A stretch of 64,000 nt of DNA from Rebecca billardiae RCC1528 (Eukaryota; Protista; Haptophyta), in the NCBI GenBank assembly GCA_965240325.2, contig OZ251224.1, positions 3,472,001 to 3,536,000 of the forward strand. The letters are read 5' to 3'. Numbering within the stretch: position 1 is the stretch's first letter; the number at the start of each line of letters is the position of its first letter. Positions 53,843 to 63,618 of this stretch are shown in pieces. The notes under the pieces are model-generated. The model searched no databases and was not told the origin of the DNA. It worked only from the letters and a program-made list of their open reading frames with translations. The translations under genes and the position numbers were made by a program.

Positions 53843-54991
53843 ATGACGACGACGCGACTGTGGCGCTGCGCGGCCGTCCTTCTCGCCGCCGCGTCGTTGG
53901 GCGGCGCGGTGAGCGTGTCGCCGGGTGGTACTCGGAGCGGTAATGCATTGAACACGCCCTCGACACCACTGCCGTCGAAGCTCGGGCGGGCGCTTCGAGA
54001 AGGTGCGAGCACCCTGCTGGCGACCACCGCTCTCGCGCTCAGCGTGCACGCGCCGGCCATGGCCGAATCGACGGAGGGCTTTGCTGAGTACTCGTCGAAG
54101 GGCGGCGTGATGAAGGCAGACCCGAGCTGCTTCTTCAACCAGTGTAAGCAGCAGACGCAGGACTGCTTCACCAATCCGTCATGCCTGAAGGGCATCACGT
54201 GCCTTGGCAATTGCCGGGCCGAGCAGCTCTGCGCGACGCGCTGCTTTTCGCGCTTTGGATCGGAGAAGCTGAACGCGTGGCTCTCGTGCACGCTCGAGGA
54301 GAAAGAGTGCGTCACCACCGGCGCGCAGCAGGACACATCCAGCTTCTACGCCGACGCGCCGCCGCGCGTGCGCGAGTTCAAGCCGAGCGATCTCGAGGGC
54401 AAGTGGTACAAGGTGCTCGGGTACAGCGAGAAGTACGACTGCTACCCTTGCCAGGTGAACGAGTTCTCGCCCTCGCCGGACGGACTGGACAACCGTATCC
54501 TCTTCCGCGTGCAGAAGCCCGGCGGCGAGGGCTTCTGGCAGAACGACTTCGTCGAGCACATGGTCGACGAGCGCGGGCCGCAGGGGAAGGCGAGCTTCAC
54601 GGTGACCGGCAAGATGTTTGGCCTCACTTTCCACGAGCAGTGGTACGTGCTCGGCTCGTCTCCGGGCTACCGGCTCGTGGCCTACAAGGGAGACACACAG
54701 CAGGGGCCGTACGAGGGCGCCTTCGTCTACACGAAGGAGGCCGACTCGCTCGAGCGCGACCCGAAGCTCCGCGCGGAGGTGGACGCGGCGGCGCGCAGGG
54801 CGGGACTCGATCCATCCCAGTTCTGCAACATTGACAACCGCTGCCCAACCACCGGCGGCGAGGCGGCGGGGGCAGGCTCGGCTGAGGCGTCAAAGGAGAA
54901 GCTCGAATGGAAGGACATCTTCGAGCTGACCGAGTGGTTCAGGCCGGGTACCTTGCAGAAGCCGGAGAACTTTGACCCGAACGCCATGTGA
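53843..54991 (+). CDS. VDL: Violaxanthin de-epoxidase-like protein (VDL, probably VDL2 type)
   Basis: Signal plus transit/lumenal leader ending AMA, Cys-rich domain (CLKGITCLGNCRAEQLCATRCF) and lipocalin motif GKWY..G...YDCYPCQ. Confidence 0.88.
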   Translation: MTTTRLWRCAAVLLAAASLGGAVSVSPGGTRSGNALNTPSTPLPSKLGRALREGASTLLATTALALSVHAPAMAESTEGFAEYSSKGGVMKADPSCFFNQCKQQTQDCFTNPSCLKGITCLGNCRAEQLCATRCFSRFGSEKLNAWLSCTLEEKECVTTGAQQDTSSFYADAPPRVREFKPSDLEGKWYKVLGYSEKYDCYPCQVNEFSPSPDGLDNRILFRVQKPGGEGFWQNDFVEHMVDERGPQGKASFTVTGKMFGLTFHEQWYVLGSSPGYRLVAYKGDTQQGPYEGAFVYTKEADSLERDPKLRAEVDAAARRAGLDPSQFCNIDNRCPTTGGEAAGAGSAEASKEKLEWKDIFELTEWFRPGTLQKPENFDPNAM

Positions 54992-55778
54992 TAAGGTGGA
55001 CTCACTCACTCCACGGTGCGGAGCATATTGCGTGCAGTATAGCGGGTATGAGGGTAATAATCTGGTTACCATATACTGTTGATCATGTCAGCACGTGTCC
55101 AGTGACCGTGAGCTGCATCAACCCCGGACCGGCTGCGGCCCCGTGAGTGCGGCGCTCAGCGGCACCGGGCGCGGCCGCCGGGCGCCGGGCGAGCCGCCAC
55201 GGCTCACTGACCGCTCACTCGGCTGCTGGCGACACGGGCGGGCGCCGCCCCGGGCCCGCCCGCGGGGGCGGCGGCGTCGCCGCGCGCTTACGCGGAAGCC
55301 GAAGTCGCCTCAGTAGTCGGGCGCTGCGTTCCCTATATATATATCATTATATATATATTATACTTTTTAAATTATTTAATAACAATTAATATGATTGATT
55401 AACTTTTAGTGCCTATCCGTTCCGAGTGTCGGCCCGCGGCCAGCACTCGAGGCTCTGGTCGAAATCGAGCCGCGGCGCTGACCGGAGGCGAAGAGACTCG
55501 GTCTCAGCTAGCTGCGCCGCGCCGCCGCGGGTCTGCTCACCAGACAGACACCATCGGCGGTTCCGGGCCCGATCAGGCGATCTGGCCCGATCGGACGTCG
55601 TACACGTGTCCAAAAGGGACCGAAAAGTGCACGACGACGACACGAGTGTGCATGTTGAGGTTGTAGCGCGCCCGGCAGCAAGCTGCCGTGGCACTCGCTG
55701 CTGCCTCGTGAATGCAGCACGGCACCGGTATACCCAAGTCCCACCTCGCTCATCGTGTGCTCGCGCCTGTGTGCTTCT

Positions 55779-56459
55779 TCAGTTGCGGCCCATGCCGGCG
55801 TAGCCGTTCGGCCAGTTTGGCGGGTACGGGCCAGGGCCGACGGTGTTGCCCGGGCCCGTGGGGTACGGCCCGGTCTTCCAGCCCTGCCAGTTGTCCGGCC
55901 AGCCGCCCGCCAGCGAGTACGCGCGGCGCACAGTGGTGGCGACCGCATGTCCAACCATAGACGTCATCCTCAGCGCCATGACCACCACCGGGATGTTGCC
56001 CAGCTCGAAGGGCTCGCGGCCATCGGAGAGCTGGCGGTGCAGATGATCGTTGGCCTTGACCTCGGCGTCAAACGACTGCTCGAGCTTGCGGCCCATGCCG
56101 GCGTAGCCGTTCGGCCAGTTTGGCGGGTACGGGCCAGGGCCGACGGTGTTGCCCGGGCCCGTGGGGTACGGCCCGGTCTTCCAGCCCTTCCAGTTGTCCG
56201 GCCAGCCGCCCGCCAGCGAGTACGCGCGGCGCACAGTGGTGCCGACCGCATGTCCAACCATAGACGTCATTTTCAGCGCCAGGACCACCACCGGGATGTT
56301 GCCCAGCTCGAAGGGCTCGCGGCCATCGGAGAGCTGGCGGCTGGCGCCATCCTCAGACCGCGTCGCCGCAACGCTGTGCTCATTCGACACAGGCACTGCC
56401 TGCGCCGCGGGCAGCATGGCCACCGCGGCGAGCGCGGTGAGCACCAGGCAGCGCATCAT
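55779..56459 (-). CDS. Secreted two-repeat precursor protein (226 aa) with RxL, RR and G-R-K sites
   Basis: Signal peptide MMRCLVLTALAAVAMLPAAQA, then two near-identical 255-bp units (56340-56086 and 56037-55783; period 303 nt). Confidence 0.8.
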   Translation of the reverse strand: MMRCLVLTALAAVAMLPAAQAVPVSNEHSVAATRSEDGASRQLSDGREPFELGNIPVVVLALKMTSMVGHAVGTTVRRAYSLAGGWPDNWKGWKTGPYPTGPGNTVGPGPYPPNWPNGYAGMGRKLEQSFDAEVKANDHLHRQLSDGREPFELGNIPVVVMALRMTSMVGHAVATTVRRAYSLAGGWPDNWQGWKTGPYPTGPGNTVGPGPYPPNWPNGYAGMGRN

Positions 56460-58979
56460 GGGAGCCTGCGCGCGCGAGCGAAGAGCGTCGCGAGGGGAGG
56501 GAGCGCGCAATCGGCGGGTGAGGCTCGGATCTCGCGTGCGCCCGCTCAGCAGCAGGTGCGGAGCAAGCGTGGATGGGAGGGAGGGGAACTGCCAGGCTGG
56601 CAAGCAGACGACTGACGTCCCGCACGGACACGGGACGCCCGTGCCGCCCCGCTGTGCCTATACGCGCGGCGGGGCAAGGGCCGTGCTCAGCACGCGCACC
56701 TGATCGCCCCTCACCCAAGGGCTGCCCACCTGCTCAACAAATAAGGGGTCCCCAAGCTGCCCCAAGAGGCGCCCGCGCGCGTGGGTGCGCCGTGCTGAAT
56801 AGGCACTTATTAAGTGCGGCGGCACCGGCGCCACTCCAAGGGTTCTGATTGGCCAGAAAGAACTTGGTCACCACGGTAGATACAACAGAGGTATCTGCTC
56901 ACGGCATGCAACTTCGTGCCGATAAGCCCCAATCGCTGTTGAGCAGTGGGAGTCTGAACCACAAGCGATCAGTGCGAAAGCCAAGGCGGCGAGGGGGGGC
57001 CGCCTGCGCATGGGGTCGTGAGCCCGCGCGAGACCCCCGTGACTTCACCGTCGATCATCATGACAATGCATGAATCGTTGACCGACACTCGGGTCACGGC
57101 TCTGAAGCCTTTTGTGTGCCGGGCAGCCCTGACGGTGGCCGACTCAGCCACGCCGGCTTTGGCCGCTGAACTAGGTATGCCAACAGTCGCGCGCAGCGCG
57201 CGCATCTCTGTGCTGCGCCTGGACGCCATTGGCACACTGAGCTTGGCGCTGCCTCCTTAGAACTGGTTTACAATCAAGCGCGCAGCTCCCTGCGCGACGC
57301 CCCTGCGCACGGCGCAGCACGCGTCGTCCTTCTTGGAGGCAGTCACGCAGACTGGTCCACTCTCACACCCGTTCAGATCGGGTCTAGTGACTGAAATCAT
57401 CACGCGGCCAACTGTTCACTTACACGAGCCGTGCCTTGGCCTCACACCGGAGCGCCCTCGCCGCCATCCGGTCGCAGCTTGGGTGTCGGGCAGACGGAAC
57501 GATGCGCGCCGGCCTCGGAGGCCTACCGACCCGCCACGCGGATGAGTAGCGGTCGGGCAGGCGTCAGGCGCCGCGTGACGCGTCATAACACTCGGCAGCG
57601 GGCAGCTGACGCGTGCAGCTGACCATTTAGACCAAGCGGGTCCCATCACTCTGGCAACACTACTCATCGCGGACCATGATCGGCCAGGCTCACTCCGACC
57701 CGGCATCGTGACGGATCATCGATCGTAGTCACGCGCGTTCACGAAAATTAATAAAAATATTATATATCCCGGGCTGATTTTTAAGACTTTTAGAGTAATT
57801 GAGTATTATGGCCCGCGGTGCAGGGCGGAGCGCGCAGCGTGGAGCCCGCACCAGCGGGCCCGAACAACGTTTCAAAAAGATCTTTGATCATCAAGAAAAA
57901 AGGGACGGGGGACGATTTTCATGGCTGGAGGAGACCGAGTTTCGAATTTTGAGACCCTCTCTAACATGCATCACGGCCGAAAAGCCCGAAAAAGGTCGCG
58001 CCCACGGCAAGTTCATAGTAAAGCGTGGAGTGACGCCCGTCCAAAAAACTTCACGCCCTTTAGGATCCCTAACGTAACGAACCGTTACAAGCGATTTTTC
58101 CGGCCAATGAGATTGCAGCAAGGTCCAAGGAGCGATGACGTATCTAGATACAGATTGCCGCGAACCGATGTGACCATGTACGTCCCTTGAATCAGTTGAA
58201 TCAACCATCATTCAATCGCGCCGTGTCTGTATCAGGAGCCGACGAGGCAAGGGTCAGTAGCCGATGGGCCAACCTCGGCGAATCTCAATACTATCTGACG
58301 CGAACGGACTTGGTTGGGCGCGCGCGTGGCCCCGGGCGGCGGCCCACCAGAGGCGGCCCGCGTTTGCGGAGGCGAGCCACGGGCACGAGGCTCGAGGACC
58401 GACGGGTGAGGACGGCGATGGGCAGGTGCGCGCGGCGAATGGCGCCTGGAGCGCGCGGCTGCGGCGGGTCCCGACTGCCGTCGACATCGCGTTCGTCGTG
58501 CCCCCGCTCACTCCGCGCGCCCCCGCCGCCCCTGCCGCCCTGTCGATGCCTCGGCGCGGCCTTGCGCGGCCCCGGCGTGTCCGCGAGCCGGCGCCGCAGC
58601 CGCCGCCCTGTGTTCGGGCTCTCGCAAGCTCGGGGGCAGCGGCGCCTGATGCCGGACTGATCGATCTCTGAGCCTTCGACTTCACCACGCGCCGCCCTTG
58701 CCATGCCTTTCCGGGGTCTCCCAGAACTCTTCTTGATTGAGAGAGAGCAGGCGCGCCGACGATCCGAGTCCATCGTCGGTCGACTCTGAGCGAGGGCTAC
58801 GCCTCGGAACTGAACGGTACTCTACGAGGAGGACGAGCTGCGCGGGCGACGGTGGTGCGTGACGTCCCCAGAGCTGGCCGTGCCTCTGCAACGCGTGCCG
58901 AGCCTGATCGAGGTGTGTCAGCTGCCCGTGCACGCGCGGCGAGTGCGCGAACCGGATCACCGGTGCCCTCGCACCTCGG

Positions 58980-59297
58980 CACCGTGCTCCCTCGGGCTGT
59001 CAGCTCCGCGTGGCCTGGCGTGCACGTAGAGTTGCGCTCATGCGTCGATCACGCCTCGCGCCCGCCTGTCGGCCGTCGCGCAGGCGCTGGTCGAACCCTA
59101 CTCGGACCCTACTCCTCCAGCCCTACTCCCGGGCGCTGCCGGCGCGGGGGGTGTGACCCCGGGGACAGCGGTCAGCAGCAGCGGCCCGAACGAATCCGCG
59201 GCCCCGCACCGTGCTCCCTGGCTGTCAGCTCCGCGTGGCCTGGTGTGCACGTGGAGTCGCGCTCATGCGTCGATCACGCCTCGTCGCATCCGCCTGT
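58980..59297 (+). repeat. Direct repeat of about 90 bp, two copies
   Basis: CACCGTGCTCCCT..GGCTGTCAGCTCCGCGTGGCCTGG..GCGCTCATGCGTCGATCACGCCTCG at about 58980-59069 and 59207-59297. Confidence 0.8.
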
Positions 59298-59508
59298 ACA
59301 CAATCGGCGCCGCGCCGGCGGCTGCAATGGGCCCGCCCGGCGCGGCGGGCGGCGGCGCGCCGCTGATGGAGTCTAGTTGTACGGGCATATGCAACTGGTC
59401 TGTCAATAGACGACTGCGACGGAGGGTGCACCGCCACCGCGGGCCCTGAACTACGTTCGTTCTACGGAAAAAGGACCGCGGAACGCGGTCATTATTTGCT
59501 GCGTGAGT

Positions 59509-59544
59509 ACCAAGTGTGCACGTTAAAACATATAGTAAACTGTA
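59509..59544 (-). mobile_element. Family B terminus
   Basis: ACCAAGTGTGCACGTTAAAACATATAGTAAACTGTA, a near-exact reverse complement of 441-474. Confidence 0.7.
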
Positions 59545-59688
59545 TTAATCCGAGTCCGGTCGAGTGTACTACCGTCGGAACGCTGCCAGTCACTCACTAC
59601 TAATTGTCCGAGGCGGGTTATTATATATATATGAGCCGTCTGCCGATCGCGCGCCAGCACCGTATACTGGGACCAGCGGCAACGGCCG

Positions 59689-61748
59689 TCACTGACTCAG
59701 CACTGCAAATGGTCGGTGCCTGCGGCTGCCAGTCCGCCATGCGTCGGCGCGACGGAGGATCCCGCCTGGGGCCCTCTGCTGTCGCTTCGGCCCCCAAACG
59801 CGCACAGTGTGGTCATCACTTGCTGAGGCAAACATGTGGGTGTGGACTGGGTTCCACGCCACTGCATTCACCGTGCCCGAGTGGCCGGGGAGAACCTCTA
59901 GCAGACTCGCGTCGTGACGGTTCCACACGTAGATCTGCGAATCCTCGCTCCTGCGCGCGGCGCAACCATCAGGCCGTCGTTTTGGGCGCACGGCGTCGCA
60001 TGAGCGCGTGGCGCGGGCCCTTGCGCACGTGCGTGCGTGCGAGATGGGGCGTGCGCGCAGCGCGGCGCGGCCCGGCCGCGCGCACGCACCCGCTCACGAT
60101 GTAGCTGTCCTCGTGCCCGCCGAACGCCGACCTGATCACGAAGCGCGCCTGCTTCTGCCCGCGGTACGAGTTGACCAGCGCGCGCTCGTCAAGGTCCCAC
60201 ACATGCATCTCCTCAGCGGTCGTGTTCACCAGCAGGTACCGCTGGTCGCGCGAGAGGCAGACGGAGGTGATCGAGTCGGTCTCGGGGATCGGGTGCTCCT
60301 CCGACGTGCACAGCTTCGGCTTGCCGTTGTTCATCTGCAGCCTGTACAGCCTGCGCGCGAGGCGGTCATCGCGGCGAGGGCCGGTCGCGGGTCGGGCGTG
60401 TCGGTCCGCGCACGCTGCGGTGCGCAGGGCAGGCGGCGCGAGCGGCGGCGAGGCACCTGATGCACTTCTCGGCGCACACGGCGACGAGCGGCTCGCCCTG
60501 GTTGCACACGACCAGGTCGCTCACGCGCAGCCCGTGCCACGACTGCAGCAGGTCGCCCTCGACGTCCCAGACCAGCACGTTCTTATCGAGGCCGCCTGAG
60601 AGGAAGTGGCGGCCGCTCGGCAGCCACGCGCACGCGGTGACCGCGTCCGTGTGCCGCTCGAAGGTGCGGACGCACGAGCCGCTCTTGGTGGACCAGAGCT
60701 TGACGAGGCAGTCGTTGCCGCACGTGAGCAAGTGCGCGTCATCCGGCGACCACATCAAGAACGAGACCGCCCCGGCGTGCCCGGAGAGGATGTGCTCCGC
60801 GTCTGAGACGCCGTCGGCGGCCGCGCTGTCGCCGTCCGCGCCGCTGGTCGCGCTGCTCGTGCGGCTCGAGCCGGAGGCTTCGCTCGGCACCGGACGCGCC
60901 TCGCCGTGCGCGTCTCGTTGCAGCGTCCAGATGATCACCAGGTGGTCCTTCGACGCCGACGCCAGCCGCTCGCCGTCGTGCGAGAACGCGACGTACCAGA
61001 CCTCGTCGCTGTGACGGTCGAGCACGGTCGTCGTGGTCGAGGGGACGGCGCCCGCGCCGACGAGCGCGGGCTGGTCCTCGAAGAGGTTCCAGCGCGGGCG
61101 GCGCGGCTCGCCCTTGGGCGAAGGCGCCGGCTCGAGCGCGGGGCTCGGCGCGCGCCACGCCCCGCCGCCGCCGCTCGTCTGCTGCGCCATCGCCTGCAGC
61201 AGCAGCGTCTCCAGCCGGTTCTCCGGGATGAGCACGCTCGGCGGGATCAGCTCCTGCAGCGCGCTGAGGAGGCGGTGGCGCGCGGCGATGCGCGCGGGCA
61301 TCGCCTCGGAGGCGTCGAGCCAGCCGCACCGCGCGCGGAGGTCCTCGCTGTGCGCGCAGAGCAGGAAGCCCGCCAGCCGCCGCAGCTTGTCGGTGTGGTC
61401 GCCGAGCGGGGCGAGCTGCGTGCGCAGGCACTCGAGCGCCGGGGCAAACTGCTGGTCGTCGACGAGCTCTAGGAACTTCTGCTCGAGGATGAGGAAGCGC
61501 ACGGCGCACACCGCCTCGTCCGACTCGAGCTGCAGCTCCGGGATCTGCGCGGCTGCGTGCTCCCACTGGCCCAGCAGGACGCCGCGGCGGAACTCGCTCA
61601 CGGCCGGCGCGAGCAGTGGGATCTGCGACTCTGCCTCGAGCTGCTCGGCACTCTTGTGGTAGCCGAGCGCGTGCAGCGACTGCGTGATCAGCCTCACCAC
61701 GTCCTTGCGGCTGAAGCCCGAGTCGAGCACCTCGTCGCCGCCTTCCAT
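59689..61748 (-). CDS. WDR26: WDR26/GID7 (LisH-CTLH-WD40, CTLH E3 ligase subunit); 3 exons
   Basis: LisH VVRLITQSLHALGY, CTLH FLILEQKFLEL, IPENRLETLL, HSDEVWYVAFS, YRGQKQARFVIRSAFGG and ASASDDHTVRVW. Introns at 60456-60351 and 60089-59951. Confidence 0.93.
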
Positions 61749-61913
61749 CGCCTCCCGCCGTCCGACTTGTTGGCCGGGCCCACCCGCACGGCAGGCGGGC
61801 CTGATCAGCCAGCTGCTGGCCGTGACTTTGCCGGATCGGATTTTACTAATCATCTTATTACCCGCGCTTGTGCCGCCGCTGTCACACTGTCACCCGGTCT
61901 TGACACGTGATCG

Positions 61914-63104
61914 ATGGCGCCGCCAGTGGTCGATGCGCTCGCGACAGCCGCCGTGCCTCTCGTCGCCTTCGTGGCGCAGGTGGCGTACTGCTACTATGCG
62001 GGGGTGCCTTTCGCGCTGCGCAAGGCGCTCGTGTGGCTGCTCATTCCTTCGCCCGTCACCATGCTGCGCGTCGACGAGCCGGAGGCCCTCAAGCGCGTCT
62101 TCTTTGGCGGCGAGCCTTGGCTGGTGCAGTGCAGCCGCACGGGTCTGACGCGGCGCTCGTTCAGCCAGGCCTCGCGCTACCTGCGCAATGTCACGCACAT
62201 CGCCGTGCTCGACTGTGACGCGCCGCTCCCCACGAGCGGCAAGACCACGCGCGACAAGTTCAAGCTGCCCGCGCACGGCGTGTTCACGTGCGCCAACGGC
62301 TACGGCCCCAAGCCCGTGCCGGACCGGACGGTCCGCGCGGCGTACAGCCTCGCGGCGCACGCGCGCTCAGCGGCGGCCCTGCCGATACACAGCCTGAGCA
62401 CGCAGGCCGAGCTCGACCACGCGTGCCACGCCCGCCCGTGCCTCGCCATCGCCGAGCGCGCCGTCCGCTCAGACGTGATCCAAGCCGTCTCCGCGCGGCA
62501 CCGCCGGCTGCGCGTGCTCACCGTGCCGGCGACGCACGCGCTCGCGCTGGGCGAGGACACGAGCGCGGAGGTCGTCGCACTCCGATCCCAGCCGGCCGCC
62601 CGCGGCGCCACCGCCGCGGACGAGGATGCACCCGACACGGAGGCGCAGCCGCCCGTGTGGTTTGTGCGCGCGTACGACGGCGCTGCCAAGAACGATGTCG
62701 ACGAGCTGTCGGCATTTGCGGTGGCGATCCCGTTCGAGGTGCCGTCGGGCGGGGATGCGTCGGCCTTCCTGTCGCCGGCCCCCGCCGTGGAGCTCAAGAC
62801 GCTCTCCCGCGCCTCGGCGGCGGCCGAGCGGCGCAGGGCGGAGATGGAGCGGCGGCAGCAGATGGCCAAGGAGGAGGAGGAGTACAAGAATGCTTTCTTT
62901 GCTGGCGCGGGCGAGGACGACGAGGACACGGACGGAGCCTCAGCCACGCGGGCCTCCTCGCCCGGCGCGGCGAGTGGCGATACCGATGGCGCGGGTGCGG
63001 GCTCGTTCGAGAGGGATTTCGAAGACGACGACGACGACGACGACGATGACGACGACGACGGCGACGAAGGTGGCGACGACGACGAGGTGATCGAGCTGAG
63101 CTAG
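61914..63104 (+). CDS. Hypothetical membrane-anchored protein, possibly a redox-inactive thioredoxin-like fold, with an acidic tail
   Basis: Hydrophobic N-terminus, LKRVFFGGEPWLVQC..IAVLDCDAPLPTSGKT..DKFKL and a poly-Asp C-terminus. Confidence 0.7.
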   Translation: MAPPVVDALATAAVPLVAFVAQVAYCYYAGVPFALRKALVWLLIPSPVTMLRVDEPEALKRVFFGGEPWLVQCSRTGLTRRSFSQASRYLRNVTHIAVLDCDAPLPTSGKTTRDKFKLPAHGVFTCANGYGPKPVPDRTVRAAYSLAAHARSAAALPIHSLSTQAELDHACHARPCLAIAERAVRSDVIQAVSARHRRLRVLTVPATHALALGEDTSAEVVALRSQPAARGATAADEDAPDTEAQPPVWFVRAYDGAAKNDVDELSAFAVAIPFEVPSGGDASAFLSPAPAVELKTLSRASAAAERRRAEMERRQQMAKEEEEYKNAFFAGAGEDDEDTDGASATRASSPGAASGDTDGAGAGSFERDFEDDDDDDDDDDDDGDEGGDDDEVIELS

Positions 63105-63618
63105 CTAGCTTGGAGCCCTGTGGCGTAGTTGCCTGCTGACACTAAGGATCTTTTCTAATCGACGGTCGACGGGCCGCCTCGCGCGTCCAGAAGTACGTCG
63201 TCGTTGTCCTAGTCGCGACACTGCTGTCAGAGCTTACTAGCTAGCTTAATCAGATCCGATGTACTGCGCCGAGTGGCGAGTGAGTCAAACGACTTTGATG
63301 AATTGCTGATGAAACTCATTGAATCTCATGTCTCAGTGACTCAGTCTCAGTGATGGTGATTGATGATCAATGATGATGTGCATCAGAGAGTGTCAAACGT
63401 CGTCCGAGCTATCGTCCCACTCATCTCCGAGCCGCCGACTGATGCTGATCATCAGCGCAGGCGATTGTCATTGAGTGGAGCTCGTCTCCAGTAGAGGCGG
63501 AGAGTAGGCGGAGAGTACGAGCGTCGCGGCCTGGCCCTGGCTGTTGGCAGCGTGCAGCGCACTTTCGAGTCTGGCAGCGGCGGCGGCGCTCCGACTTGGA
63601 CCATTGGAGCGCAACTGG

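Noticed and set aside
35610-56459. POP, ATP-grasp enzyme and repeat precursor read as one RiPP gene cluster
   Set aside because: The precursor is 16 kb away across unrelated genes and enters the secretory pathway, whereas both enzymes lack signal peptides. The core also lacks graspetide motifs.
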